A stretch of 46,145 nt of DNA, taken from positions 1-46,145 of the forward strand of contig CALWTG010000001.1 of assembly GCA_944384385.1 (NCBI GenBank), given 5' to 3'. The notes below the pieces were generated by a model. It searched no databases, was not told the origin of the DNA, and worked only from the letters and a program-made list of their open reading frames with translations. Positions 1-8,273 of this stretch are shown here, in pieces. How positions within the stretch are numbered: the stretch's first letter is position 1; every line of letters starts with the position of its first letter. The stretch comes from an uncultured Clostridia bacterium (GTDB taxonomy: Bacteria; Bacillota; Clostridia; Christensenellales; UBA1242). Position numbers and translations under genes: made by a program.

Positions 1-459
1 AATTTGTCACTAAATAGTGCTGACGGCCGGCTATTTATTGCAGTTACAATGCTTGCATATATGACGGGAGTTGCCATTGCCTATCTTCTTGGCTTAAAGT
101 TTGGAAGCAAAGCAGTCAAATGGTGCGCAGGAAGTGACGAGGACTATCAAAAATGGGTCAAAGTCTTTAACACGAAAGGCAAGTGGTATTATGCACTGAC
201 CGTACTGTTGCCAGTGTTCCCAGATGATATACTATGTATCGTCGCTGGGAGCGTAAAAATGAACTTTGGCCTTTTTATGATTGTCAACTTTGTATGTAGA
301 TTTATTGGACTAATTGTCATGATTTATTCACTTGGCCTTGCTCAAAGTCTAAATGACGGCGGTTTTCCTTGGACAGTGCTTGGCTGGGGAATTGCACTTG
401 TTTTGAATATTGTCGCACTTATAATTTTAGGAGTAAAAATTCATAAAAAACATTCATAA
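1..459 (+). CDS. TVP38/TMEM64 (SNARE_assoc, DedA-related) family membrane protein, 5'-truncated by window edge
   Basis: The frame is open to position 1, so the TTG at 4 is not a real start. Multi-TM profile. The segment LLPVFPDDILCIVAGSVKMNF resembles the conserved P-x-x-P-[GD]...AG core of this family. Confidence 0.6.
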   Translation, partial: NLSLNSADGRLFIAVTMLAYMTGVAIAYLLGLKFGSKAVKWCAGSDEDYQKWVKVFNTKGKWYYALTVLLPVFPDDILCIVAGSVKMNFGLFMIVNFVCRFIGLIVMIYSLGLAQSLNDGGFPWTVLGWGIALVLNIVALIILGVKIHKKHS

Positions 460-515
460 AAATCAATGTTTGACTACTGAATTATTGTGTTATACTAATG
501 ATGTTTGGAGAACTT

Positions 516-3500
516 ATGAAAAAGCTTTTTTTATTTATCATACCACTTGTTCTATGCACCTTTCTTGCAAGTGCTAAAATTTTGCCAAGCGTGTATGCTC
601 AATCTCCTGCCACTTCACAAATAACTTATTTTGCTTTTGGTGACTCAATAAGCGAAGGCACAGTGCTAGAAGAAAATAACTCTTCACACAACACCGAAAA
701 CCGCTTTACAAATGTTTTGACTAGCAACATGGAAAAACTTGTCAGCAGTGTGGACTATCAAAACTATGCAATAGCAGGTCACAAACTTGAAGATTTTGTA
801 AATGTCTATAACAGTACCGAAAATCTTGATACTGCATCTATTGTCACACTTGATATTGGACCAAACAACATATTGGGACCTGCAACTGATACACTTTTGG
901 CACAAGCAAGCAACATAGGTTCTTTCATGAATATGTCAAATGAAGAAATTGTTAACTATTTAATGCAAGAAGTTGATGCAGCAATGTCAGAAGGAGCACA
1001 GTATTTTGCAGATAATTTTGAACAAGACTTTTTGGACTTTTTGTCAAAGCTCGACGACAACGCAAATGTCTATGTTATGAACATATATAACCCATACAAA
1101 GAACTATCGCTTCGTTTCAAAATTGATTTTGACCTTGGAAGCTATTTGCAAGTTCATAAAGATATAACACTTCCTTTTGGAGATAAGACAAACGAATATT
1201 TAAATGAAAATGAAATTTGTATAAACAGCACAATTGAAAAGGCAATTCAAAGCATAAACAAAAATCCACAAGTGACACAAAATGTAACACTTGTTGATGT
1301 CAAAGGTGCTTTTGAAAATTATTATATAGCTAACGGAATTGACGAATATCGTTCACTTATATTGACAAAAGATGAGGCAATAAATAGTCAAGACGTTCCA
1401 CTTACTGTTGCTTCAATAGCTAATATAACATATTTAATTGACCCACACCCAACAGACAAAGGTCATGCACTTATCGCACAAACATTTTGGGGCGAAATGA
1501 GTGGGGCATGCACACCAGAAAATTTTGAAATAACACATAACGATGAAGCACTTTCTCAAAATGCAGAACTAACGTACCTTTATGGCGAAAATTTGAATTT
1601 GACTTCAACAACTCCACTAATTTGGAAGTTTGGCTCTATTGTTCAAAGTGGTACAACTTTTAATATACCATTTTCTAGTTTACAGCCAAGCACTCAAAAT
1701 GTTTTGAAAGTATACACCTTAAATGGTGACACGGCATCTTCTGTTTACTACACATACAACTTAACTTCAATAATTGATGCAAGTGTCGAAGTTGCAAGTA
1801 TAAACAAAACATTTGTTGATTTTAACGATTATTATTGTTACACAATGTCGGCAAATTTTGAAAATACCAACAACATACCTGATGACCTATTCAGTATTGT
1901 TTGGACTGTTGATGGCGAAGTGCAAAGTTTATCGGCAAAACAAATTACATACACACCAAGTCGCACAGGGGCAATAGATGTTAGCGTGTCATTGCTCTAT
2001 GACGGGCAAGAAGTTGCACAGGGCGCGACAACTTTTGTTGCAGAGAAAAACCAAACTACGATTTCTGCAATTTCACATAAACAACTATCTCAGCCAAAAC
2101 CAAACCAATATCCAAGCTATGAACTTACTGCAACAGTGGTAAATTCAGATAATTTAGAGTTAGCGGTTGTTTGGTACTCGGGTGGCCAAAAAATTGACGG
2201 AGAAGAAACAATTTCGTACACACCAACACAAGATGATGTAAATTTGTATGCAATTTTAGAGTATGAAGGCGAAGAAATTGCTTCGTCAAGATGTGATTAC
2301 TCATTTGTTGCAAACAAAAGTGCAAACATATTAGTTTCTCAAATAACATACACCGAGGAAAAAACACCTAGCGAGTACTCAACCTACACATTCACGGCGA
2401 AGGTAGAAAATCAAGACAACTTTGATGTTATAGTCGCTTGGTATGTAAATAATCAAAAGTTAAGTGAAGACGAGGTGTTATCTTACACACCAGAGCAAGA
2501 AAATGTCAATATATATGCCATTTTGATGTATAAGGGCCAAGAAGTTGATGAAAGCAAATGCGAGCTTACGCTTTCTGCAAAAAAGTCAAGTGATGTTACT
2601 GTTCAAAATATTGATATAGTTGAAGATAAATTTCCAGGCGATTATTCCACATACACATTGACGGCGACAGTAGAAAATCAAGACGACTTTGATGTTACTA
2701 TCGTTTGGACAAAAGGTGATGACACTTTGGGGACAGGTGAAACTATTTTCTATAAGCCAACAACATCAGACGAGCAGACTATTGTTGCCTATATTGAGTA
2801 CAATAACCAGCCACTACCAAACTCACGCTTTGAAAAAACATTTGTTGCAAATCAAAGCGAAACGGCGTATGTTTCAGATGTCTTGGTCACAGAGCATAAA
2901 AAACCAGGGCAATATTCAGATTACACATTTTTAGCAAATGTTCAAAATGATGAAGGTTTTGATGTTGATATTGTTTGGCAGGTTGGACAAACATTGCTCA
3001 GTTCAAAACAATTGTCAACAACATACACTCCACAAAATGACGAAAGCGCAATCTTAACCGCATATCTAACATACAAAGACAAAAAAATACAAAACAGTGA
3101 TTTTTCTACCACATTGACTTTCAAGAAGAGTAATGTAGCCAAAGTATCAAAAATCACAAAAGAAGAAATTTTGAATGGACCAAATGAGTTCAATTCGCTA
3201 TTGTTCACGGCGCAAGTTGACAACAAAGATGGTTTTGATGTCTCTGTTGTGTGGACAATGGACGGTGAAGTTGTCGGGCAGGGCGAAACATTTGAATACA
3301 ATCCAAACCAAACAGGCACAAAAAACATACAGGCATACTTAGTGTTTGAAGGACAAAAAGTTAAAAATAGTGAAAAAGAATTGTCTTTTGCTACTTTTAA
3401 AAATGAAATCTCAATACAAGAAATAGAGGTTGAAGAAATTAAAAGTGGAATAAATCAAAATTATTCATACACATTTACTGCAATAGTTAATAACCCATAT

Positions 3501-3779
3501 AATTTAATAAACTATGAAATAAGGTGGTATGTTGACGGCGAACTTTTGGGAAGTGGAAACACAATTGAATTTACTCCAACTTCACTAAAAGAAAAAAATG
3601 TTTCAGCACAATTGTTTTTAAATGGTCAAACATCGCAAGAGTTAGTTGCCAATTATTCGCTCAAACCGCAAAAAGACAATTCGCTCACAATACTAATTAT
3701 TGTAGGAGTTTTTGTGGTAGTTATTGGCACAGCTGTTGCTGTTGTGTTTATTAGAAAGTATAAAAGAAGTATGTATTAA
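516..3779 (+). CDS. Cell-surface SGNH/GDSL-type esterase with seven tandem ~90-aa repeats and a C-terminal TM anchor
   Basis: Signal-like N-terminus MKKLFLFIIPLVLCTFLASA. GDSL block I FAFGDSISEG, GPNN (block III-like) and IDPHPTDKGH (block V-like). A repeat array follows, then the TM segment LTILIIVGVFVVVIGTAVAVVFI plus KYKRS. Start moved from the track's 498 to MKK at 516. Confidence 0.75.
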   Translation: MKKLFLFIIPLVLCTFLASAKILPSVYAQSPATSQITYFAFGDSISEGTVLEENNSSHNTENRFTNVLTSNMEKLVSSVDYQNYAIAGHKLEDFVNVYNSTENLDTASIVTLDIGPNNILGPATDTLLAQASNIGSFMNMSNEEIVNYLMQEVDAAMSEGAQYFADNFEQDFLDFLSKLDDNANVYVMNIYNPYKELSLRFKIDFDLGSYLQVHKDITLPFGDKTNEYLNENEICINSTIEKAIQSINKNPQVTQNVTLVDVKGAFENYYIANGIDEYRSLILTKDEAINSQDVPLTVASIANITYLIDPHPTDKGHALIAQTFWGEMSGACTPENFEITHNDEALSQNAELTYLYGENLNLTSTTPLIWKFGSIVQSGTTFNIPFSSLQPSTQNVLKVYTLNGDTASSVYYTYNLTSIIDASVEVASINKTFVDFNDYYCYTMSANFENTNNIPDDLFSIVWTVDGEVQSLSAKQITYTPSRTGAIDVSVSLLYDGQEVAQGATTFVAEKNQTTISAISHKQLSQPKPNQYPSYELTATVVNSDNLELAVVWYSGGQKIDGEETISYTPTQDDVNLYAILEYEGEEIASSRCDYSFVANKSANILVSQITYTEEKTPSEYSTYTFTAKVENQDNFDVIVAWYVNNQKLSEDEVLSYTPEQENVNIYAILMYKGQEVDESKCELTLSAKKSSDVTVQNIDIVEDKFPGDYSTYTLTATVENQDDFDVTIVWTKGDDTLGTGETIFYKPTTSDEQTIVAYIEYNNQPLPNSRFEKTFVANQSETAYVSDVLVTEHKKPGQYSDYTFLANVQNDEGFDVDIVWQVGQTLLSSKQLSTTYTPQNDESAILTAYLTYKDKKIQNSDFSTTLTFKKSNVAKVSKITKEEILNGPNEFNSLLFTAQVDNKDGFDVSVVWTMDGEVVGQGETFEYNPNQTGTKNIQAYLVFEGQKVKNSEKELSFATFKNEISIQEIEVEEIKSGINQNYSYTFTAIVNNPYNLINYEIRWYVDGELLGSGNTIEFTPTSLKEKNVSAQLFLNGQTSQELVANYSLKPQKDNSLTILIIVGVFVVVIGTAVAVVFIRKYKRSMY
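1779..3680 (+). repeat. Seven tandem in-frame coding repeats (267-282 nt each) inside the SGNH esterase gene
   Basis: Unit starts read from the translation at 1779, 2061, 2328, 2595, 2865, 3138 and 3408. Shared signature: Y-[ST]-Y-T-[FL]-T-A-x-V-x-N-x-D-x-F-D-V-x-[IV]-x-W ... Y-x-P ... [IV]-x-A-Y-[LI]-x-[YF]. Confidence 0.8.
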
Positions 3780-3787
3780 ATTTAAAA

Positions 3788-3816
3788 AATGCCCCAAGCA
3801 TGGAGCATTTTTTCTT
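3788..3816. terminator. Bidirectional intrinsic terminator between convergent genes
   Basis: aaaaAATGCCCCAagcaTGGAGCATTtttt: a 9-bp stem with one mismatch, flanked by A-run and T-run. Confidence 0.6.
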
Positions 3817-3846
3817 AAACATAAGTGTTATTTTTGTGTCAGTAAA

Positions 3847-4482
3847 TTATTGTATTGTTTCAAAAATAATGTCGATATTGTTTAAAAGGCTGAATTGTTG
3901 GTCAAATTGTTGTAACTCAAATGTGATAGTTAAATAAAGCACCCCATTTTGTGGTATGACAATTTGTTCAATATCAACTGTGCTAAGGTTTGAGCCCGAC
4001 ATAAGATTTAGTGGAGCGTCGGCAAGCTCTTCTGAGCTTTGGGCTTGCTTATAGGAAGTTGTAAATCTTTGGTCAATGTCATAAGCAATGTTTTGAAATT
4101 CAACACCAAGAGCGTTGACATCATTTAAGTTAGTTATGGTAAAAGTGAATGAAATCACTGTTTGCTCTGATGTGAAATTTGTTTCTCCAAGTGCCCACCT
4201 CCAGTCTCCGCTTGTCTGTATCAACTCTTCATCATCATACGCTCCGGTGTGGCTTCTGTTTAACTCCAAATTGACTTCGTCATTATATCCTTCTGCAAGT
4301 TTAGGGCCTTCATATTTTGCGTTTATTCTAACAAACACATTTTCGTCACCGTTATCAAAAGATACGGTGTTTGAAACGCCAGAGTAGTTTGTCACAATAG
4401 AATACACTCCAAAAGTTAAAAGTGCTAAACTCAAAACAAGCATAAGTATCACAAGAGATAATCTTATATATCTTGACTTCAT
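3847..4482 (-). CDS. Hypothetical secreted or membrane-anchored protein
   Basis: 211-aa ORF with an N-terminal signal anchor (LSLVILMLVLSLALLTFGVYS). The rest looks beta-rich. No motif recognised. Confidence 0.5.
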   Translation of the reverse strand: MKSRYIRLSLVILMLVLSLALLTFGVYSIVTNYSGVSNTVSFDNGDENVFVRINAKYEGPKLAEGYNDEVNLELNRSHTGAYDDEELIQTSGDWRWALGETNFTSEQTVISFTFTITNLNDVNALGVEFQNIAYDIDQRFTTSYKQAQSSEELADAPLNLMSGSNLSTVDIEQIVIPQNGVLYLTITFELQQFDQQFSLLNNIDIIFETIQ

Positions 4483-4633
4483 AACAAGCTCCTTTAATTG
4501 ATTTTAGTATAAACCAAACCACAAAAAAAACAAAACATTTTTATCATATTAACAAAAATACAAAAAACAGTTGCAAAGAAAAGTTTTGTGTGTTAAAATA
4601 CCACAGACTAGTTAATAACGAAAGGAGAAACAA

Positions 4634-4897
4634 ATGCCAAACATCAAATCAGCTATAAAAAGAGTCAATGTAAACAAGAAAAAGAATTTAGAAAACAAGT
4701 CAATTAAATCTCAAATAAACACTTCAGTTAAAAAGTTTGAAGATGCAGTAAATGCAAAAGATGTTGAAAGCGCAACAAAGCTTTATGCTGAGGCAGTTTC
4801 TGTAATTGATAGTGCAGCAAGCAAAAATGTTATCCACAAAAACACTGCATCAAGAAAAAAATCAAGATTGGCTAAAAAAATTGACGCTATAAGATAA
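4634..4897 (+). CDS. rpsT: 30S ribosomal protein S20
   Basis: MPNIKSAIKRV... N-terminus and a basic 87-aa protein typical of bS20. RBS GGAGAAA lies 5 nt upstream. Confidence 0.95.
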   Translation: MPNIKSAIKRVNVNKKKNLENKSIKSQINTSVKKFEDAVNAKDVESATKLYAEAVSVIDSAASKNVIHKNTASRKKSRLAKKIDAIR

Positions 4898-4921
4898 TTT
4901 TAGTATAGACAAATAAAATTT

Positions 4922-4947
4922 ACGGCATATTTTGTGCCGTATTTTTT
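4922..4947 (+). terminator. rpsT intrinsic terminator
   Basis: ACGGCAtattttgTGCCGT followed by attttttg. Confidence 0.7.
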
Positions 4948-5026
4948 GTGTTTCGCAATATATCGGTATAGACAAATCAAAAAGTGTATGTTATCATATA
5001 TATTATCATACATTAGGGAGAGTACT

Positions 5027-6847
5027 ATGCCAACATCAAAATATCACAGGTTTTACAAATTTAAAAACGGAGCAACACTTATTTACTTTAAGCACAATGT
5101 AAACAACACCACAAGAGTTACAGGTGGGTTTATAAGTGGCTCACAAAAAGATATTATTCCAGGCACTGCTCACTATTTGGAGCATATGATGGCCAATATA
5201 AAGGGGCAAGAAGATGTCTTAAGGAGAAGTGGCATTGAATTTAATGCTTTCACCGGTGCAAGTTATGTTTGTTTAGATTTTGATATTCCGAACAGAAATC
5301 TTGATTTAGGTTTTGATATTTTTAGTCGAATGACATTTAATAAAAATTTTAATGAACAAGACTTTGAAAATGAGCGCAAAGCCATACTTCAAGAAGAAAA
5401 ATTAAATGGGAACAGAGACATAAGTTTAACTGATTACTTTAATCAGACTTATCGCGAGGAAAAAATCACTGGAACCGAAGAAGATATAAAAAAGATTAAA
5501 ATTCAAGATCTCTTAGATTATCAAAATCAAAATTTTGTTTCTGAAAATTATGTTATTTGTGTAACAAGCTCTCTTGATTTCGACACAGTTAAACAAAAAG
5601 TTGAAGATAGCATAGTATCAAAGCTTCCAAGTGATATAAGCAAGAAAAACACTCCTCATAAAGATGAAAGAAAATTGCCAACTAGTTATTTCATCTACAA
5701 ACCAATAAATGACTTAAAAACAATAAGCCTCACCTTTGCAATTGTTGATAATATGTCTTTTGAAAGCATAAATGTTCATGACTATATAGATGACTTTATC
5801 TTCAATGATTCTTTTTCTGGACTTATGTTAAAAAAATTCAGAACAGAGAAAGGAATTGTATACAGCGCCTACATGAACAACCAGTGTGGCCTAAATAACG
5901 ATGTTTACAAAGTTTTCACAATTACAACATCAAAAGAGCATGTCAATGAAGTGATAAAGACACTCGCTGAAGTTCTTGAGCTTGCACGAAAAGGAATGTC
6001 AGAAAAGGAATATGCTGATTACATCTCAAAACTAAAAACAATAGAATCTGATAGAAGAGTTCAACAAAAATTCTTGGATTCAACTACAATTTTGCAAAGG
6101 TACATAGATGGCGAAAAACTATGGTTTAATAATCCTGTTCATAAAGCCGTCAAATTGACTAGGGAACAAATAAACAATTATTTAAATAGAACATTTAAAA
6201 ATAAGCCTATTTATTTCCAACTTGTTGGTGATTTTGATTTAAATAAGGTGTATACTCCAACAGAAATACAAGAAATGACAAAATCTAAGTGTTTTGACTT
6301 TATTCAAGAAAAAGATTCAACTGACACTTATTATTACTCCACAAAAACCGGAGAAGAGCTTGACTCAAAAGAGATGGAGAAAAGCCAAGAACACAGAGGC
6401 TCTCTTCATATAGTAGAAGATGAAGGAGAGGTAAGTATATTTGACTCTCTCGCACTCGCAATGCTCCCACTTAGCATAGAGAGCAAACTTGCAATTATTG
6501 AAAAACTAGCAAAATTATCAGGAATAGATGACCTTGAGCTTATATTAAAAGAACGCAGCAAAAAAAGACATCTCGTTGAGATGTTTGCTAAAAAGTTAAA
6601 TATTAGTTTAGATTTGGAAAATGGAACTATTCAAGTATTAGACAACAACAACTATACTCCTAACGAAATAATACAAAGACTTAGGAATGAGTCATTAAAA
6701 AAACGTCTTAAACTAATTGAAGAATATGCTAAGAAACAAGGAGTCAATTTAAGCTTCAATATTTCGGGAGATGATAGTAGTCAAGAGGAGCAAGAACAAT
6801 CAAACGACCAAGAAGAGTCAAACAATCAAGAAGAGATACAAAAATAA
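5027..6847 (+). CDS. M16 (pitrilysin) family zinc peptidase with a ~190-aa C-terminal extension
   Basis: Inverted zinc motif H-Y-L-E-H (HxxEH) with a downstream FENERKAILQEE glutamate block. RBS GGGAGAG precedes the ATG at 5027. The track start at 4934 would read through the rpsT terminator. Confidence 0.75.
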   Translation: MPTSKYHRFYKFKNGATLIYFKHNVNNTTRVTGGFISGSQKDIIPGTAHYLEHMMANIKGQEDVLRRSGIEFNAFTGASYVCLDFDIPNRNLDLGFDIFSRMTFNKNFNEQDFENERKAILQEEKLNGNRDISLTDYFNQTYREEKITGTEEDIKKIKIQDLLDYQNQNFVSENYVICVTSSLDFDTVKQKVEDSIVSKLPSDISKKNTPHKDERKLPTSYFIYKPINDLKTISLTFAIVDNMSFESINVHDYIDDFIFNDSFSGLMLKKFRTEKGIVYSAYMNNQCGLNNDVYKVFTITTSKEHVNEVIKTLAEVLELARKGMSEKEYADYISKLKTIESDRRVQQKFLDSTTILQRYIDGEKLWFNNPVHKAVKLTREQINNYLNRTFKNKPIYFQLVGDFDLNKVYTPTEIQEMTKSKCFDFIQEKDSTDTYYYSTKTGEELDSKEMEKSQEHRGSLHIVEDEGEVSIFDSLALAMLPLSIESKLAIIEKLAKLSGIDDLELILKERSKKRHLVEMFAKKLNISLDLENGTIQVLDNNNYTPNEIIQRLRNESLKKRLKLIEEYAKKQGVNLSFNISGDDSSQEEQEQSNDQEESNNQEEIQK

Positions 6848-6871
6848 ACCACAAAATGTGGTTTATTTTTT
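6846..6871. terminator. Bidirectional terminator between convergent genes
   Basis: AAACCACAaaaTGTGGTTT followed by atttttt. Confidence 0.6.
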
Positions 6872-7198
6872 GTTTTGAATATTCAATCTTTTAATTAGCA
6901 CAACGTGTTTAAAATCACGCTTGATTTGTTCGTTTGTAGGGAAGAATGGGAAAGACGCTTTTTCGTTTCTTGTCTTTATCACAAATTTTTTGACATGTTC
7001 TTTAAGGTCTTGCTCGCACTGTGCAATTTCTTCATGCACAATATCTTTCATAACAATTCCGGGAACAAAACCGTGAATTTTGCCGTTTTCACGAGTAAAA
7101 ACAAGAGGAATACTGATTTTTGAATCATCTTGCTTGTTTTCTGGTGCTTTTTCTTCTTTTTGTTCAAATGCAAAATAGTTATGTTTAACAAATGCCAT
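6863..7198 (-). CDS. Hypothetical protein, possibly with a HicB-like/UPF0150-type fold
   Basis: Start placed at MAFVKH (7198), preceded by GAGGG. The pattern IPLVFTRENGKIHGFVPGI + helix (HEEIAQCEQDLKEHVKKFV) + PFFPTNEQI loosely resembles HicB-type antitoxin N-domains. No hicA partner is adjacent. Confidence 0.35.
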   Translation of the reverse strand: MAFVKHNYFAFEQKEEKAPENKQDDSKISIPLVFTRENGKIHGFVPGIVMKDIVHEEIAQCEQDLKEHVKKFVIKTRNEKASFPFFPTNEQIKRDFKHVVLIKRLNIQNKK

Positions 7199-7243
7199 AA
7201 TAACCCTCAATTGCAAAAAGTATATCACACAAAAAATTTAAAA

Positions 7244-7537
7244 TCAATTATTATCTTCCAAAATCGCCTCATCTTCACCACTTTTTCGCTTTTTTCGTTG
7301 AAATAAAATCACTTTTCCTTTATTTTTCAACATATTAAATAAAATAATAAGGCAGGCAACCCCTATCGCAATATACACAAGCCTTGAAAAAATTGATGCC
7401 TGAGTACCGAAAAATCCTGCAACAAAATCATATTGCAAAAGTCCAATGCTCAGCCAGTTTAGTCCACCCAAAATCAAAGCAATAAATGATATAATAACCA
7501 TATAAATATTTTGTGAATATTTTTTAGTTGTATTCAT
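7244..7537 (-). CDS. DUF378 family small membrane protein
   Basis: ILGGLNWLSIGLLQYDFVAGFFG...FSRLVYIAIGVA matches the DUF378 signature (GG-[LI]-NW...FDLVA..FG...SR.VY). The start (7537 versus 7501) is uncertain because no clear SD is present. Confidence 0.8.
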   Translation of the reverse strand: MNTTKKYSQNIYMVIISFIALILGGLNWLSIGLLQYDFVAGFFGTQASIFSRLVYIAIGVACLIILFNMLKNKGKVILFQRKKRKSGEDEAILEDNN

Positions 7538-7567
7538 ATTATTTATAATAATAATATTAAAAAAATG

Positions 7568-7596
7568 TTGACAAATTTGTGCTATGTTGATACAAT
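7568..7596 (+). promoter_or_regulatory. Sigma-A type promoter for greA
   Basis: TTGACA (7568-7573), a 17-nt spacer, then TACAAT (7591-7596). Confidence 0.55.
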
Positions 7597-7618
7597 ACCA
7601 CATGCTTATTTAAAGGCA

Positions 7619-7643
7619 AGTGGCATAGCCACTGCGTTTTTTT
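7619..7643 (+). promoter_or_regulatory. Terminator-like hairpin plus T7 run in the greA leader (possible attenuator)
   Basis: AGTGGCataGCCACT followed by gcgttttttt. It lies between the predicted promoter and the greA RBS AGGAGG. Confidence 0.35.
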
Positions 7644-7663
7644 AATTATTTAGGAGGCTAATT

Positions 7664-8128
7664 ATGGAGCAAGTATATTTAACAAAAGAAGGGAAAAAAC
7701 AGCTTGAAGAAAAGCTTGATTATTATAAAACAGTGAAAAGACCAGAAGTGATAAAAAGAATTGGTCTTGCTCGTGAGTTTGGAGATTTAAGCGAAAATGC
7801 AGAGTATGATGCAGCAAAAGAAGAGCAAGCTCGCATTGAAAGTGAAATAAGTGATATGGAGCAAAAGCTTCATGACTGCATTGTCATAACAAAAGTTGAC
7901 ACTTCAAAAGTTTCTGTCGGTTGCAGTGTTGAGCTTTTGAACAACACACTTGGTCAAACAGTGACATACAAAATTGTTGGCTCAACAGAGAGCAATCCAC
8001 TTCAAGGGCTTATTTCAAATGAGTCACCAGTTGGCAAGGCAGTGCTTGGCAAAAAAGTTGGTGAAGATGTTGTTGTCACAACTCCAAACGGAGACATTCA
8101 CTTCACAATCAAAAAAATATTTGCATAA
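7664..8128 (+). CDS. greA: Transcription elongation factor GreA
   Basis: N-terminal coiled coil with the acidic tip motif (REFGDLSENAEYDAAKEEQ) and a typical C-terminal globular domain. RBS AGGAGG. Confidence 0.95.
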   Translation: MEQVYLTKEGKKQLEEKLDYYKTVKRPEVIKRIGLAREFGDLSENAEYDAAKEEQARIESEISDMEQKLHDCIVITKVDTSKVSVGCSVELLNNTLGQTVTYKIVGSTESNPLQGLISNESPVGKAVLGKKVGEDVVVTTPNGDIHFTIKKIFA

Positions 8129-8149
8129 AACATATTAAAAAAAATGTTG

Positions 8150-8182
8150 AATATTGCGTAAATTTTACGCAATATTTTTTTG
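8150..8182 (+). terminator. greA intrinsic terminator
   Basis: AATATTGCGTAAattTTACGCAATATT (12-bp stem) followed by a T-run. Confidence 0.75.
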
Positions 8183-8273
8183 TTTTATATATCGACAAAA
8201 ATACATTATAAAACCAAAATTATTTCTTACCTTTTTTCAAACTTTGCATTTATGCTTGAATGCGAGGTGAGAA

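Noticed and set aside
684-3328. Several 73-128-aa ORFs nested in or antisense to the SGNH repeat gene
   Set aside because: They lie fully inside a well-supported long CDS, have no RBS and have non-protein-like composition. They are artefacts of repetitive AT-rich coding DNA.
1779-3680. Regular ~270-nt periodicity as a possible CRISPR or satellite array
   Set aside because: The units are in-frame, diverged coding repeats of one long ORF with no short identical direct repeats or spacers. No CRISPR-like array occurs anywhere in the window.
4830-4838. Perfect DnaA-box 9-mer TTATCCACA
   Set aside because: It is a single isolated copy inside the rpsT coding sequence. There is no cluster, no AT-rich unwinding element and no adjacent dnaA, so it is not evidence for oriC.
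4934-5026. N-terminal 31-codon extension of the M16 peptidase ORF (track start 4934)
   Set aside because: It would be translated through the rpsT terminator hairpin. It has an odd Cys/Tyr/Phe-rich sequence and no RBS. A strong GGGAGAG RBS precedes the ATG at 5027.
8191-8198. Spo0A-box-like sequence (TGTCGAT on the minus strand) upstream of spoIIE
   Set aside because: It is only one 6-of-7 match to TGTCGAA. That is too weak to call a regulatory site without more boxes or conservation.
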